This document shows, in pieces, positions 1 to 9,540 of a stretch of DNA of 64,000 nt. A program made the position numbers and the translations under genes. The notes beneath the pieces were generated by a model. It was not told where the DNA came from. It saw only the letters and a list, made by a program, of their open reading frames with translations, and did not search any database. This stretch comes from a bacterium (GTDB taxonomy: Bacteria; ARS69): the NCBI GenBank assembly GCA_041393395.1, contig JAWKKG010000002.1, positions 759,620 to 823,619 of the forward strand, in the 5' to 3' direction. Every line of letters begins with the position of its first letter. The first letter of the stretch is position 1.

Positions 1-1624
1 CGCTTCCGCGCGGTCGGCCCCGCTCGACGACGACGAGCGGCGGATCGTCCGGCAGGCCGATGCGGGTCTCCTCTGGTCGCGCCAGTTCTACCACTACGCG
101 GTAGAGACCTGGCTGGACGGGGATCCGGCCCAGCCGCCTCCGCCGGAGTCGCGACGTCACGGGCGCAATCACCCGTGGCGCCACGTCCACGCGCGCGACG
201 TCCTCTCGGTGCCGGACAAGTGGGAGTACCCGTGGTTCGCGGCCTGGGACCTCGCGTTCCACTGCGTGGCGCTCGCGCGCATCGACCCCGAGCACGCGAA
301 GGACCAGCTCCTGCGACTGTGTCGGGAGTGGTACATGAATCCGAGCGGCCAGCTCCCGGCGTACGAGTACGACTTCGGCGCCGTCAATCCGCCCGTCCAC
401 GCGTGGGCGGCGTGGCGTGTCTACCAGCTCACCGGAGAGCGCGGCGACCCGCCCGATCGCGCGTTCCTCGAGAGCGCCTTCCACAAGTGCATCATCAATT
501 TCACGTGGTGGGTGAATCGCGAGGATGTGGAGGGCGACAACCTGTTCACGGGCGGGTTCCTCGGACTAGACAACATCGGCTTGTTCGACCGGTCGCGTCC
601 GATCGCGGGCGGGGGGAAGCTCGAGCAGGCGGATGCCACCGCGTGGATGGCGTTCTACTCCTCGACCATGCTCGCGATCGCGCTGGAGCTCGCGCGCGAG
701 AACGACGCGTACGAGGGGATCGCGTCGAAGTTCTTCGAGCACTTCGTGCGGATCGCGCAAGCGATGAACGAGCTGGGCGGTGCCGGGCTCTGGGACGAGG
801 CCGACGGCTTCTACTACGACCATCTCCGCGTCCAGGGCGCATCGACGCCGCTGCGGGTTCGATCCATGGTGGGCCTCATCCCCCTGTTCGCCGCGGAGTC
901 GCTGGAGTCCGAGCACCTCGACCGGTTGCCGCTGTTCCGGCGACGCCTGGAATGGTTTCTCGCGAACGTGCCGGAAGTCGCGACCGGGATCGCCTGCCTG
1001 CACCCGAGCGAGAGCCGCGAGCACCGGCTGCTCTCGATCCCGACCCGCGAGCGGCTCGTGCGCGTGCTCGCCCGGGTTCTGGACGAACGCGAGTTCCTCT
1101 CGCCCTACGGCGTGCGCTCTCTGTCGAAGGCGTACGAAACTCCGTACTCGCTCGAGCTCGGAGGAGACCGACACGAGATCCACTACGCGTCGGGGAACTC
1201 CGACTCCCGGCTGTTCGGCGGAAACTCGAACTGGCGGGGGCCGGTGTGGTTTCCGCTCAACTACCTGCTGATCGAGGCCTTGAAGCGGCATCATCATTTC
1301 TACGGGGATTCGCTTCGGGTCGAGTGTCCGACCCGCTCGGGCCGGCAACGGACGCTGCTCGAGGTCGCGGAGGAACTGGAGCGCCGCCTGGCGAGCCTCT
1401 TCGAGCCGGACGCCTCGGGACGTCGTCCCTGCCACCGCGGAAGCCGGTTTCACTCCGAGACGGAACGCGACCGGTTGCTGTTCCACGAGTACTTCGACGG
1501 CGACGACGGCCGCGGATGCGGCGCGAGCCACCAGACGGGTTGGACGGCACTCGTGGCCAACGTACTCGAGCGCGTCGCGTTCGTCCGGGCCGGCGGGGCG
1601 GCGGCGGCGGACGGAGCCGGATGA
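1..1624 (+). CDS. Glycoside hydrolase, GH63-like (alpha/alpha)6-barrel (mannosyl-/glucosylglycerate hydrolase-like); 5' end truncated by window edge
   Basis: The reading frame is open from nt 2 (..RQFYHYAVETWLDGDP..DKWEYPWFAAWD..) and continuous with the 209..1624 ORF. Motif pattern typical of GH63/GDE_C-type glycosidases. Stop at 1624. Confidence 0.6.
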   Translation, partial: ASARSAPLDDDERRIVRQADAGLLWSRQFYHYAVETWLDGDPAQPPPPESRRHGRNHPWRHVHARDVLSVPDKWEYPWFAAWDLAFHCVALARIDPEHAKDQLLRLCREWYMNPSGQLPAYEYDFGAVNPPVHAWAAWRVYQLTGERGDPPDRAFLESAFHKCIINFTWWVNREDVEGDNLFTGGFLGLDNIGLFDRSRPIAGGGKLEQADATAWMAFYSSTMLAIALELARENDAYEGIASKFFEHFVRIAQAMNELGGAGLWDEADGFYYDHLRVQGASTPLRVRSMVGLIPLFAAESLESEHLDRLPLFRRRLEWFLANVPEVATGIACLHPSESREHRLLSIPTRERLVRVLARVLDEREFLSPYGVRSLSKAYETPYSLELGGDRHEIHYASGNSDSRLFGGNSNWRGPVWFPLNYLLIEALKRHHHFYGDSLRVECPTRSGRQRTLLEVAEELERRLASLFEPDASGRRPCHRGSRFHSETERDRLLFHEYFDGDDGRGCGASHQTGWTALVANVLERVAFVRAGGAAAADGAG

Positions 1625-1699
1625 CGAACGGGCCGGCTCCCGCGGGGGAACCGGCCCGTGTCCCGGCCTTCGGATCGCTTCGATGTGCCTCGATCCGGG

Positions 1700-3007
<1,308 letters not shown>

Positions 3008-3288
3008 CGGAAACTCCTTCTCCGGTCGCGCCGCGCATCTCGCAGCGGCCGCGCTCCGGTCGGGCCGGAACGGGTTCCGGCCGGGTGGGCGGGATCGGCC
3101 GGCGTGGCCGGGTGTCCCGCGGGAACGTCGCCCCGGACTGGGGCGCGTCGACGGGGGAAAATACGCACGGGGCGGGACATTGTTCCAATCGATCTTCTTG
3201 TCCATGCGCATAAGCAGAGCTTATGATGGGTCATCCGGGTCATCCGGACGACTCGGGTCACCCGGGCGACTCCGAAGGGGGGCGGCGC

Positions 3289-4209
3289 GTGGATGTCCGT
3301 TCGCTGAGGTACTTCGTGGCGGTCGCGGACCGCCGATCGTTCGCGGCGGCGGCGCGCGAGGTGGGGGTCAGCCAGCCCGCGGTCTCGCAGGCGATCGCCC
3401 AGCTCGAGGACGAGCTCGCCGCCCGGCTGTTCGACCGGGGGGGACGGCGGGTCTCCTTGACGCCGGAGGGGGAGAGCTTCCTCGAGTCCGCGCGTCGCGT
3501 GGTGCACGACTTCGACGATCTCCCGGCGCGCCTCGATCGTGCGCGCGGGCGAGTTCGCGGGCGCCTCGAGATCGGCACCACGGACGTGGCCAGCATCTAC
3601 GTGTTGCCCAAGGTCTATCGCGCCTACCGTCGGCGCTTCCCGGACGTCGAGATCTCCGTACGCGTCGAGGGAACGGAGTCGCTGCTTCGGCAGCTTGCCG
3701 ACCGGACGATCGAGCTCGCCGTCATCACGCTCGCGGCGGGCGATCGGGTCGCGGACGTGCCGGCGCCCTTCACGGCGGAGCCGCTGTTCCGCGAGCATCT
3801 GGACTTCCTGGTGTCGCGCACGCACCCGCTGGCGGATCGGACCCGGATCTCGCTGCCCGAGCTGGCGGAGCACGGGCTCATCACGTTCAAGGCGGAATCG
3901 ATCACCCGGCAGGCCGTGGACGCCCTGTTCCGCGAGCACGGCGAGGAGCCGCGAATCGCCATGGAGATGTCGAGTCCGGAGGCGATCAAGCGTCTCGTGG
4001 AGGTCGGCCTCGGCGTCGGCGTATTGCCGGCGCGCTCCGTGGCCGCGGAGATCCGATCGGGCGCGCTCGTCCCGCTCGCGGTCCGGGCGGGCAAGCTCAC
4101 CCGCGAGCTCGGTATCGCGCGGGATGCGCGACGGACTCCCTCGCCGGCCGCCGAGGCTTTTCTCGGCCTGCTCGCACGCATCCGGAATGTCGCGCCTCGT
4201 GTCGACTAG
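3289..4209 (+). CDS. LysR-family transcriptional regulator
   Basis: N-terminal HTH (LRYFVAVADRRSFAAAAREVGVSQPAVSQAIAQLE) plus LysR substrate-binding domain. GTG at 3289 preceded by GAAGGGGGG. Alternative ATG at 3223 would add a His/Pro/Gly-rich 22-aa extension. Divergent from ino1. Confidence 0.8.
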   Translation: MDVRSLRYFVAVADRRSFAAAAREVGVSQPAVSQAIAQLEDELAARLFDRGGRRVSLTPEGESFLESARRVVHDFDDLPARLDRARGRVRGRLEIGTTDVASIYVLPKVYRAYRRRFPDVEISVRVEGTESLLRQLADRTIELAVITLAAGDRVADVPAPFTAEPLFREHLDFLVSRTHPLADRTRISLPELAEHGLITFKAESITRQAVDALFREHGEEPRIAMEMSSPEAIKRLVEVGLGVGVLPARSVAAEIRSGALVPLAVRAGKLTRELGIARDARRTPSPAAEAFLGLLARIRNVAPRVD

Positions 4210-4278
4210 TCCTCCGACGATCGTGGACCGCCGGCGGAAATGGTGTCCGTCGCCCCGGGACGACGCTAGAATCGGGTC

Positions 4279-4752
4279 ATGTCCGAATCCACGCGGTCAC
4301 CCGCGGTCGCCTTCTGGGTGGCCCTCCCGCTCCTCGCCGCCTTGCTGCTCCTGCCGGCCGGCTGGCGGAATCTGCGTCCGCTCGCGATCGACGTCGAGTC
4401 CCCCGGGATTCCGGAGATCGAGGGACCGGAGGGCACTCTGCCCGTGCCGCCGCGCGAGTTCCGGTGGACCCCCGGCGGCGACGACGTCGAATGGTCCCAG
4501 GTCCTCCTGTACCGGGCCACGTTCGAGCGGCTCTGGGAGTCTCCGCCGCTCACGGAGCCCGTGTTCCCGGTCGACCCGCGTGAGGTCTTCCGGGGGATTC
4601 CGGCCGGGGAGGAGGTCTGGTGGAAGGTCCGCGAGATCGCGGACGGGCGCGCCCGTGCCGCGTCGCGCCTCGTGAGGTTCACCTTCGAGGTCGACGCGTT
4701 CGGACATGGCCCCGGAGAGGCCCCCACGTACGCCCGACCGCTGGTGGACTAG
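4279..4752 (+). CDS. hypothetical exported protein
   Basis: 157 aa with N-terminal signal-like segment (AVAFWVALPLLAALLLLPAG). No recognisable domain. Opposite-strand 4297..5295 ORF is Arg/Glu/Asp-rich junk. Confidence 0.4.
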   Translation: MSESTRSPAVAFWVALPLLAALLLLPAGWRNLRPLAIDVESPGIPEIEGPEGTLPVPPREFRWTPGGDDVEWSQVLLYRATFERLWESPPLTEPVFPVDPREVFRGIPAGEEVWWKVREIADGRARAASRLVRFTFEVDAFGHGPGEAPTYARPLVD

Positions 4753-4806
4753 GGTCGCGCTCGCGATCCTCCCGGGATCTGCCGATCCCTTCCGGGGAGG
4801 TCGCCT

Positions 4807-5355
4807 TTGGTTCCTTGGCTCTGGCTCGACGTGTTCGCTCTCGCCGTCGCGTCCACCGTGGCGGTCCTCGATCTGGACGTCCGGGTCGGCGACCGCGAGG
4901 CCGGTCGTGCGATCTACGGCGGGCTCGTGCTGCTCGGGCTGGTCGGCTCGTATCAGTACGCGGTGACGGAGGCGCAACTGCCGCTGCCGGGCTGGTTCGT
5001 GATCGCGTTCGCGGTGCTGTATCTGCCCTTCCTGCACACCGCGTTCATCGACCTTCGCACGACGGATCGCTTCGCACGGGAGGAGCTGCACGCGCTGCTC
5101 CTGAACCGGGACTTCCGCGCGCTCCAGCGAGGCTCCGGGCAGGATGTTCTGCGTGTGGGGAGACGTCGTCTCCGGATGCACTGGGAAGCTCACGACGAGG
5201 ACGACGGCATCACGATCGAGCTCGACGTCCACCCGAGCCTGTGGCCGGTGACCGTCTCGCGGCCGCACGTGGCCTTCGTGCGCGACCAGACCCATCTCGA
5301 GTACCTGCGTCGCGACATCCGACGCGAGCAGGCGGCGGATGACGCGTCTGTCTGA
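4807..5355 (+). CDS. hypothetical membrane protein
   Basis: TTG start preceded by GGGGAGG (6-nt spacer). Two or three hydrophobic helices (LWLDVFALAVASTVAVL, GGLVLLGLVGSY, WFVIAFAVLYLPFL). Confidence 0.4.
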   Translation: MVPWLWLDVFALAVASTVAVLDLDVRVGDREAGRAIYGGLVLLGLVGSYQYAVTEAQLPLPGWFVIAFAVLYLPFLHTAFIDLRTTDRFAREELHALLLNRDFRALQRGSGQDVLRVGRRRLRMHWEAHDEDDGITIELDVHPSLWPVTVSRPHVAFVRDQTHLEYLRRDIRREQAADDASV

Positions 5356-5364
5356 GCTCTCCGG

Positions 5365-5895
5365 TCAATCGAACGGACTGTTCCATTCGGCCCGCCCGTG
5401 ACGCACGGTCTCGAGTCCGGACAGCCGGGTCCGCAACGTGAAGTCGAGCTGCCAGCGGAGATCCCGGACCAGCTTCGAGAGGAGGGGCGGCTGCTTCTGG
5501 CTTCCCGCCCGCGTGAACGCGACGTGCACGTGGTCCGTGTGCGGTCCGTTCTTCTTGTTCTCGTAGCGCCGCGGTCCGCCCTTCTCCGCGCTCCAGATCT
5601 GCCGGTTCCAGATGACGTGATCCACGCCGAGTGGGGTGAGGTTCGAACCGAAGAGGCGGAGCAGGCCGTCGCCCAGCATCTTCTCGTACGGCTCGAACGC
5701 GCTCAGGTAGATGTCGGCCGCGCGACCCTCCGCGTGCGCGGACGGGCCACCGCTCCTGGTGGTGCGATCGACGAAGCCGCCGATGCCGGACCAGTGCGTG
5801 GAGTAGCCGAGCCGGGTGAGGAACGGGAACTGCTCCACCAGCGCCACGCGGAGCAAGAGGAGGATCGGTTGATCCTGTTTCCAGCGGACTCCCAT
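5365..5895 (-). CDS. LAS-fold zinc metallopeptidase (peptidase M15 / D-Ala-D-Ala carboxypeptidase-like)
   Basis: SxHxxGxAxD motif (SAHAEGRAADIY) and HxH motif (HTDHVHV), diagnostic of the VanY/M15 Hedgehog-DD-peptidase fold. Last gene of the minus-strand sigma/anti-sigma cluster. Confidence 0.6.
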   Translation of the reverse strand: MGVRWKQDQPILLLLRVALVEQFPFLTRLGYSTHWSGIGGFVDRTTRSGGPSAHAEGRAADIYLSAFEPYEKMLGDGLLRLFGSNLTPLGVDHVIWNRQIWSAEKGGPRRYENKKNGPHTDHVHVAFTRAGSQKQPPLLSKLVRDLRWQLDFTLRTRLSGLETVRHGRAEWNSPFD

Positions 5896-5985
5896 TGCGT
5901 CGCCGTCGGCCGGAGGGCGGGACGGGGCGCCGGCTCTCGCTACCCGCTCCCTTTCGTTCGGAAAGGGGCGGGGAGGTGCGACACG

Positions 5986-6579
5986 TCAGGGCACGACGCG
6001 GAACGTCGCGAGGCCCTTCTCGATCTCGAAACCGTGGGAGTCGACCGCACGGACCGTCCAGCTGCCGCCGACCAGCGAAGGAGGCAGCGCGTCCGGCGGG
6101 GGTACGATCGAGGTCGTCGTGGTGTGCCCGGTCCACAGGTCTCGTCCGGTCGCGTCGCGGATCACGATCTCGTAGGACACGGCGCCGGGAAACCCGGTCC
6201 ACGCGAAGCGCCCGAGCGTCGTCACGTCGCCGACGGGTTCCGTCACCTGGATCCCGCTCGATCCCCGCATCGTGGATTCCGCCGGCGCGGGCGAGTCGCG
6301 TCGCGCCATCGGGATCGCGACGAGCGCGATCGCCGCGGCGAGCGGCAGCGCGATCAGCCAGGGCGAGAGACGTCGGGTCGCGAGAGGCACGACCTTCGAG
6401 GGGGCGCCGCCGGTGACTTCCCGCGCCCGGCGGAACGCGTCGTCGAGCGCGCCCTCGGCGTAGAGTTCGTCCGCGAGCTCGTCGTCCGCGAGCAGACGTC
6501 GTTCGAAGTCGGCGCGCTCTTCCTCCGACAGCGTGCCGGCGAGGTACTCCAGCACCTGTACGCGATTCCGTTCGTTCAT
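5986..6579 (-). CDS. anti-sigma factor, single-pass membrane protein
   Basis: Internal Met MNERNRVQVLEYLAGTLSEEERADFERRLL.. (anti-sigma N-terminal helix) taken as start (ATG 6579). Overlaps the upstream sigma stop by 4 bp (ATGA). One TM (LIALPLAAAIALVAIPMA) followed by a ~110-aa extracytoplasmic domain. The upstream 113 aa of the track ORF are Arg-rich junk in the sigma gene's alternate frame. Confidence 0.7.
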   Translation of the reverse strand: MNERNRVQVLEYLAGTLSEEERADFERRLLADDELADELYAEGALDDAFRRAREVTGGAPSKVVPLATRRLSPWLIALPLAAAIALVAIPMARRDSPAPAESTMRGSSGIQVTEPVGDVTTLGRFAWTGFPGAVSYEIVIRDATGRDLWTGHTTTTSIVPPPDALPPSLVGGSWTVRAVDSHGFEIEKGLATFRVVP

Positions 6580-7079
6580 GCGAGCACTCCCCTCTCGCGC
6601 AGCAACTCGCGAAGCTTGCCGCGGCATCGATAGATGCGTCGGTACAGCACCGCCGGATCCAGTCCCTCGTCCTCGGCGATGCGGGCGGGGGCGTCGCCCC
6701 GCATCAGCCGCTGCAGGTAGTGGGCACATCCCGTGTCGCCGCCGCCGATCTTCTCGATGCTCTCGCGAAGCGCGCGTTCGACCTCGCGATCCTCGAGAGC
6801 TTCGAGAGGGGTCGGTGCGGCGTTCGGCAACGCCGCGTCCTCCGGGGACAGGTCGCGGGCGCGGACCTTCTGGCGCTGGTACCAGTTGCCGATCGTGTTG
6901 CGGAGGACCTGGAAGCACCAGGGGAGATCCGGTCGATCGCCACCCCGCTCGTGCACGATGCGCAGAGCATCCTGAGCCACGTCTTCCACCGCGTCCTCCG
7001 GGACCCGTCGCCTCGCGACCGCCACGAACCGCTGTCGCAGCTCGGTCAGCCAGGCCTCCCGTTCACGGGAGCTCGTCAT
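6576..7079 (-). CDS. ECF (group IV sigma-70) RNA polymerase sigma factor
   Basis: 167 aa with sigma-70 region 2 (..DVAQDALRIVHERGG..) and region 4 (..AEDEGLDPAVLYRRIYRCRGKLRELL). Start ATG 7079 is immediately preceded by a G8 tract. Confidence 0.85.
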   Translation of the reverse strand: MTSSREREAWLTELRQRFVAVARRRVPEDAVEDVAQDALRIVHERGGDRPDLPWCFQVLRNTIGNWYQRQKVRARDLSPEDAALPNAAPTPLEALEDREVERALRESIEKIGGGDTGCAHYLQRLMRGDAPARIAEDEGLDPAVLYRRIYRCRGKLRELLRERGVLA

Positions 7080-7106
7080 CCACCCCCCCCGTTTGCTGAG
7101 TTCGTC

Positions 7107-7130
7107 GGACCTCCCTCGGCCAGGAGGTCC
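7107..7130 (-). promoter_or_regulatory. perfect 8-bp stem / 8-nt loop hairpin between CHAT-protein stop and ECF sigma start
   Basis: ggacctcc-ctcggcca-ggaggtcc in the 64-bp gap 7080..7143. No U-tract follows, so it is not a classical terminator. Confidence 0.4.
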
Positions 7131-7143
7131 CCACGCGAAATCT

Positions 7144-9540
7144 CTACGAACGTCGCCAGCGGCTCAAGGCCAGAACCGCGAAGAGGAGCACGATGCCCCC
7201 GAAGGCCGGAAGAAGGTACCGTCGCGCGAGTCCGGGGGCGTCGCCGATCCCCTCGAGGGCCGCAACCGGGGTGTGTCCCAGCCCGGTCAGGACGAAGGCC
7301 GAGCAGTCCCGGGGCGAATACCCCTCCGCGGCCAGGGCCAGACGGGCCGTGCGCAGCGCGACGTCGCGCGGGGCGCCCGTCCGGAGCTCGTGGTAGAAGC
7401 GCTCCATGAAATGGGCGGCGGCCGCATCGTCGACGTCCCAGAGCGAGCTCACCACGCTCCGGGCGCCGGCCACCAGAAATGCCCGCGGGAGCCCCAGCGT
7501 GCCCTCTCCGAGCACGTTCCAGCCTCCGGCCGTCTCGCAGCCGCTCAGCGTGACGAGATCGACGGCCCGCGGCCGGGTCTCCACCGTCGCGGCGGTGACC
7601 AGCTCCGTGGAATCCGGCCCCGCGAGCGCGAGTCCCGACCGCTCGGGGCGGAGCGGCTCGAGGACCGCGTGCGTCGCGAAGTGGAGGACGGCGTGGGGGG
7701 CGGCGGCGAGGAACGCGGACGCGGTCGCCTCCGGGCCGACCAGGATCTCCGCGACCCCGGGCGCGATCGCGCGGGCTTCCTGACGGGCGTAGGGAAGCGG
7801 TCCGAGGTCCTCGCGCGTCGTCGCCTCCGGGGCGCCCCGGGCCGCGGTCTCCGGATCGGCGAACACGAGCACGCCGGTCGCGGGGGCGGGCCGCGCGGCG
7901 AGCACCGGCAGCAGCCAGCTCGCGGGCAGGTAGCTCACGGCGTAGCGCTCGCCCAGGGTTCCTCCGTCGCGCCCGGGCAACGGCATCGCCTCGAGCGGGA
8001 GGCCCGCCAGCGCGACCGACGGCACGAGGTAGAGTCGCTCGAGGTCCGCCGGCAGCGAGGCGACGACTCCCGAGAACAGGGCCTGGCCGATCGGAGCGAG
8101 CGCGGAACGGACGGCGTCCACGTCGCTCCCGGTGGCGAGCAGTTCCTGCACGCGCGCGAGCTCGGGACGGGACGGGACCTCCGCGTGGGCGGACACGATC
8201 GCATCGCCGGTGATCACGAACACGGCGGCCACGCCGTTCAGCGGTTCCGAGAACTCCACGAGCGCGGCCGGTCCGGCCGCCGCGATCGTCGCCTGCACCG
8301 AGGCGAGGTCCGGGGAACCGAGCTCCAGCTGGTCGCGCAACGTCGCCGACCGCCCGCGCTCGAGAGCGCCCCACGCGTCCACCACGCGTCCGTGCGCGAG
8401 TCGCACGGACGCGAGCGCCGCGTAGATCTCACCGGCCCGGTCGAACAGGGACGTCGCGGCGGCTTGCGCCTCGCCGCGACGCAAGGCTTCGAACTCGTCG
8501 ATCGAACGGACCAGCAGAGACTCCGCCCGCGCCACGTTGCCGGTCTCGATGAGCGCGCGCGCGTACATCGCCTCGTACAGCACCCGGTCGAGCGGCGAGA
8601 GCGAGGACAGGTCCAGCGAGTCGCCGATGCGCACGGCCTCGTCGGCGCGCCCGAGACCACACAGCATGAGCAGGCGATTGCCGCGGTTCGCGGCCAGGAA
8701 ACGTCCGGCGCCGTTCGCCGCCGCGGCCGAGTCCGCGCGGTCGAGAGTGCGCAGCCCTTCCTCGTAGCGGCCGGCGTCGTACTGGATGGTCGCGAGGCGA
8801 CCGAGCGGAACGGAGGGATCGCGACCCGCGCGCAGGTCCATCGCCACGGCGCTGTCGGCGCACGCGAGCGCCGCGTCGAAGCGGCCGAGGTTCCGGAGAA
8901 TGGAAGCGAGGCGATGGTTCGACGCGGAGATGCCGCGGTCGTTCCCGATCTCCCGATCGAGCACGAGCGCTTCCTCGGTGCGGCGTCGCGCTTCGAGCAG
9001 ATCGCCCGCGAGCGAGTAGGCGTTCGCGAGGTTGCCGAGAACCTGGGCTTCGCCGCGCCGATCCCCGCGCGCGCGCCGCGCCGCGAGGACGCGTTCCCAG
9101 CGCGGAATGGCCTCGCCGTACGCGTTTCGGACCGCGAACACGATCGCCGACGTGTTCAGCACCGATTCGATCGTGGTGGAGTCTTCCGAAGCGTCGGCGA
9201 ATCGTTCCGCCCGATCGAGTGCCTCGCGCGCGCGATCGAGCTCCCCGACGTGCAGATCGGACCAGCCCGCCGCTTGCAGGGCGCGCGCCGCGGGTCCGCT
9301 CTCGTCGGCGCCGCCGAGCGAGTCGGCCACGTCGCGCAGCTCGGCCGAGATCTCGGTCCGACGCATCGGGTCCGAGCGCTCCGCCTCGCCGAGCGCGTTC
9401 ACGATCGAAACGACGAGCGAGTCGGCCGGTGTGCTCGGCTCGGGGTAGTCGGCTGCCGCGGGGACGGCGAATGCGGCGGCGACGGCGAGGAACGCGCCGA
9501 GGGCCGCGCGGTGGTTCGGATACCGAGCGATCCGGCTCAC
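7144..9540 (-). CDS. exported TPR-repeat / CHAT-domain (caspase-like) protease with C-terminal membrane anchor
   Basis: GTG start at 9540 (GGAGA 4 nt upstream). Sec signal peptide (RIARYPNHRAALGAFLAVAAAFAVPAAA). Multiple TPR-like repeats (..EAQVLGNLANAYSLAGDLLEARRRTEEALVL..). CHAT His/Cys dyad contexts (PHAVLHFATHAV and VDLVTLSGCETAGG). C-terminal hydrophobic segment plus basic tail (LLPAFGGIVLLFAVLALSRWRRS). The first ~260 aa of the 1062-aa track ORF are Arg/Gly junk. Confidence 0.75.
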   Translation of the reverse strand: MSRIARYPNHRAALGAFLAVAAAFAVPAAADYPEPSTPADSLVVSIVNALGEAERSDPMRRTEISAELRDVADSLGGADESGPAARALQAAGWSDLHVGELDRAREALDRAERFADASEDSTTIESVLNTSAIVFAVRNAYGEAIPRWERVLAARRARGDRRGEAQVLGNLANAYSLAGDLLEARRRTEEALVLDREIGNDRGISASNHRLASILRNLGRFDAALACADSAVAMDLRAGRDPSVPLGRLATIQYDAGRYEEGLRTLDRADSAAAANGAGRFLAANRGNRLLMLCGLGRADEAVRIGDSLDLSSLSPLDRVLYEAMYARALIETGNVARAESLLVRSIDEFEALRRGEAQAAATSLFDRAGEIYAALASVRLAHGRVVDAWGALERGRSATLRDQLELGSPDLASVQATIAAAGPAALVEFSEPLNGVAAVFVITGDAIVSAHAEVPSRPELARVQELLATGSDVDAVRSALAPIGQALFSGVVASLPADLERLYLVPSVALAGLPLEAMPLPGRDGGTLGERYAVSYLPASWLLPVLAARPAPATGVLVFADPETAARGAPEATTREDLGPLPYARQEARAIAPGVAEILVGPEATASAFLAAAPHAVLHFATHAVLEPLRPERSGLALAGPDSTELVTAATVETRPRAVDLVTLSGCETAGGWNVLGEGTLGLPRAFLVAGARSVVSSLWDVDDAAAAHFMERFYHELRTGAPRDVALRTARLALAAEGYSPRDCSAFVLTGLGHTPVAALEGIGDAPGLARRYLLPAFGGIVLLFAVLALSRWRRS

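Noticed and set aside
3223-3288. His/Pro/Gly-rich N-terminal extension (MMGHPGHPDDSGHPGDSEGG) on the LysR regulator as a possible metal-binding tail
   Set aside because: More likely an artefact of start choice. GTG 3289 has a better SD and gives the canonical LysR N-terminus. Kept only as an alternative start.
4297-5295. 332-aa minus-strand ORF spanning two small plus-strand genes
   Set aside because: Arg/Glu/Asp-rich antisense-type composition. The plus-strand ORFs have a signal peptide or TM helices and SD-like sequences.
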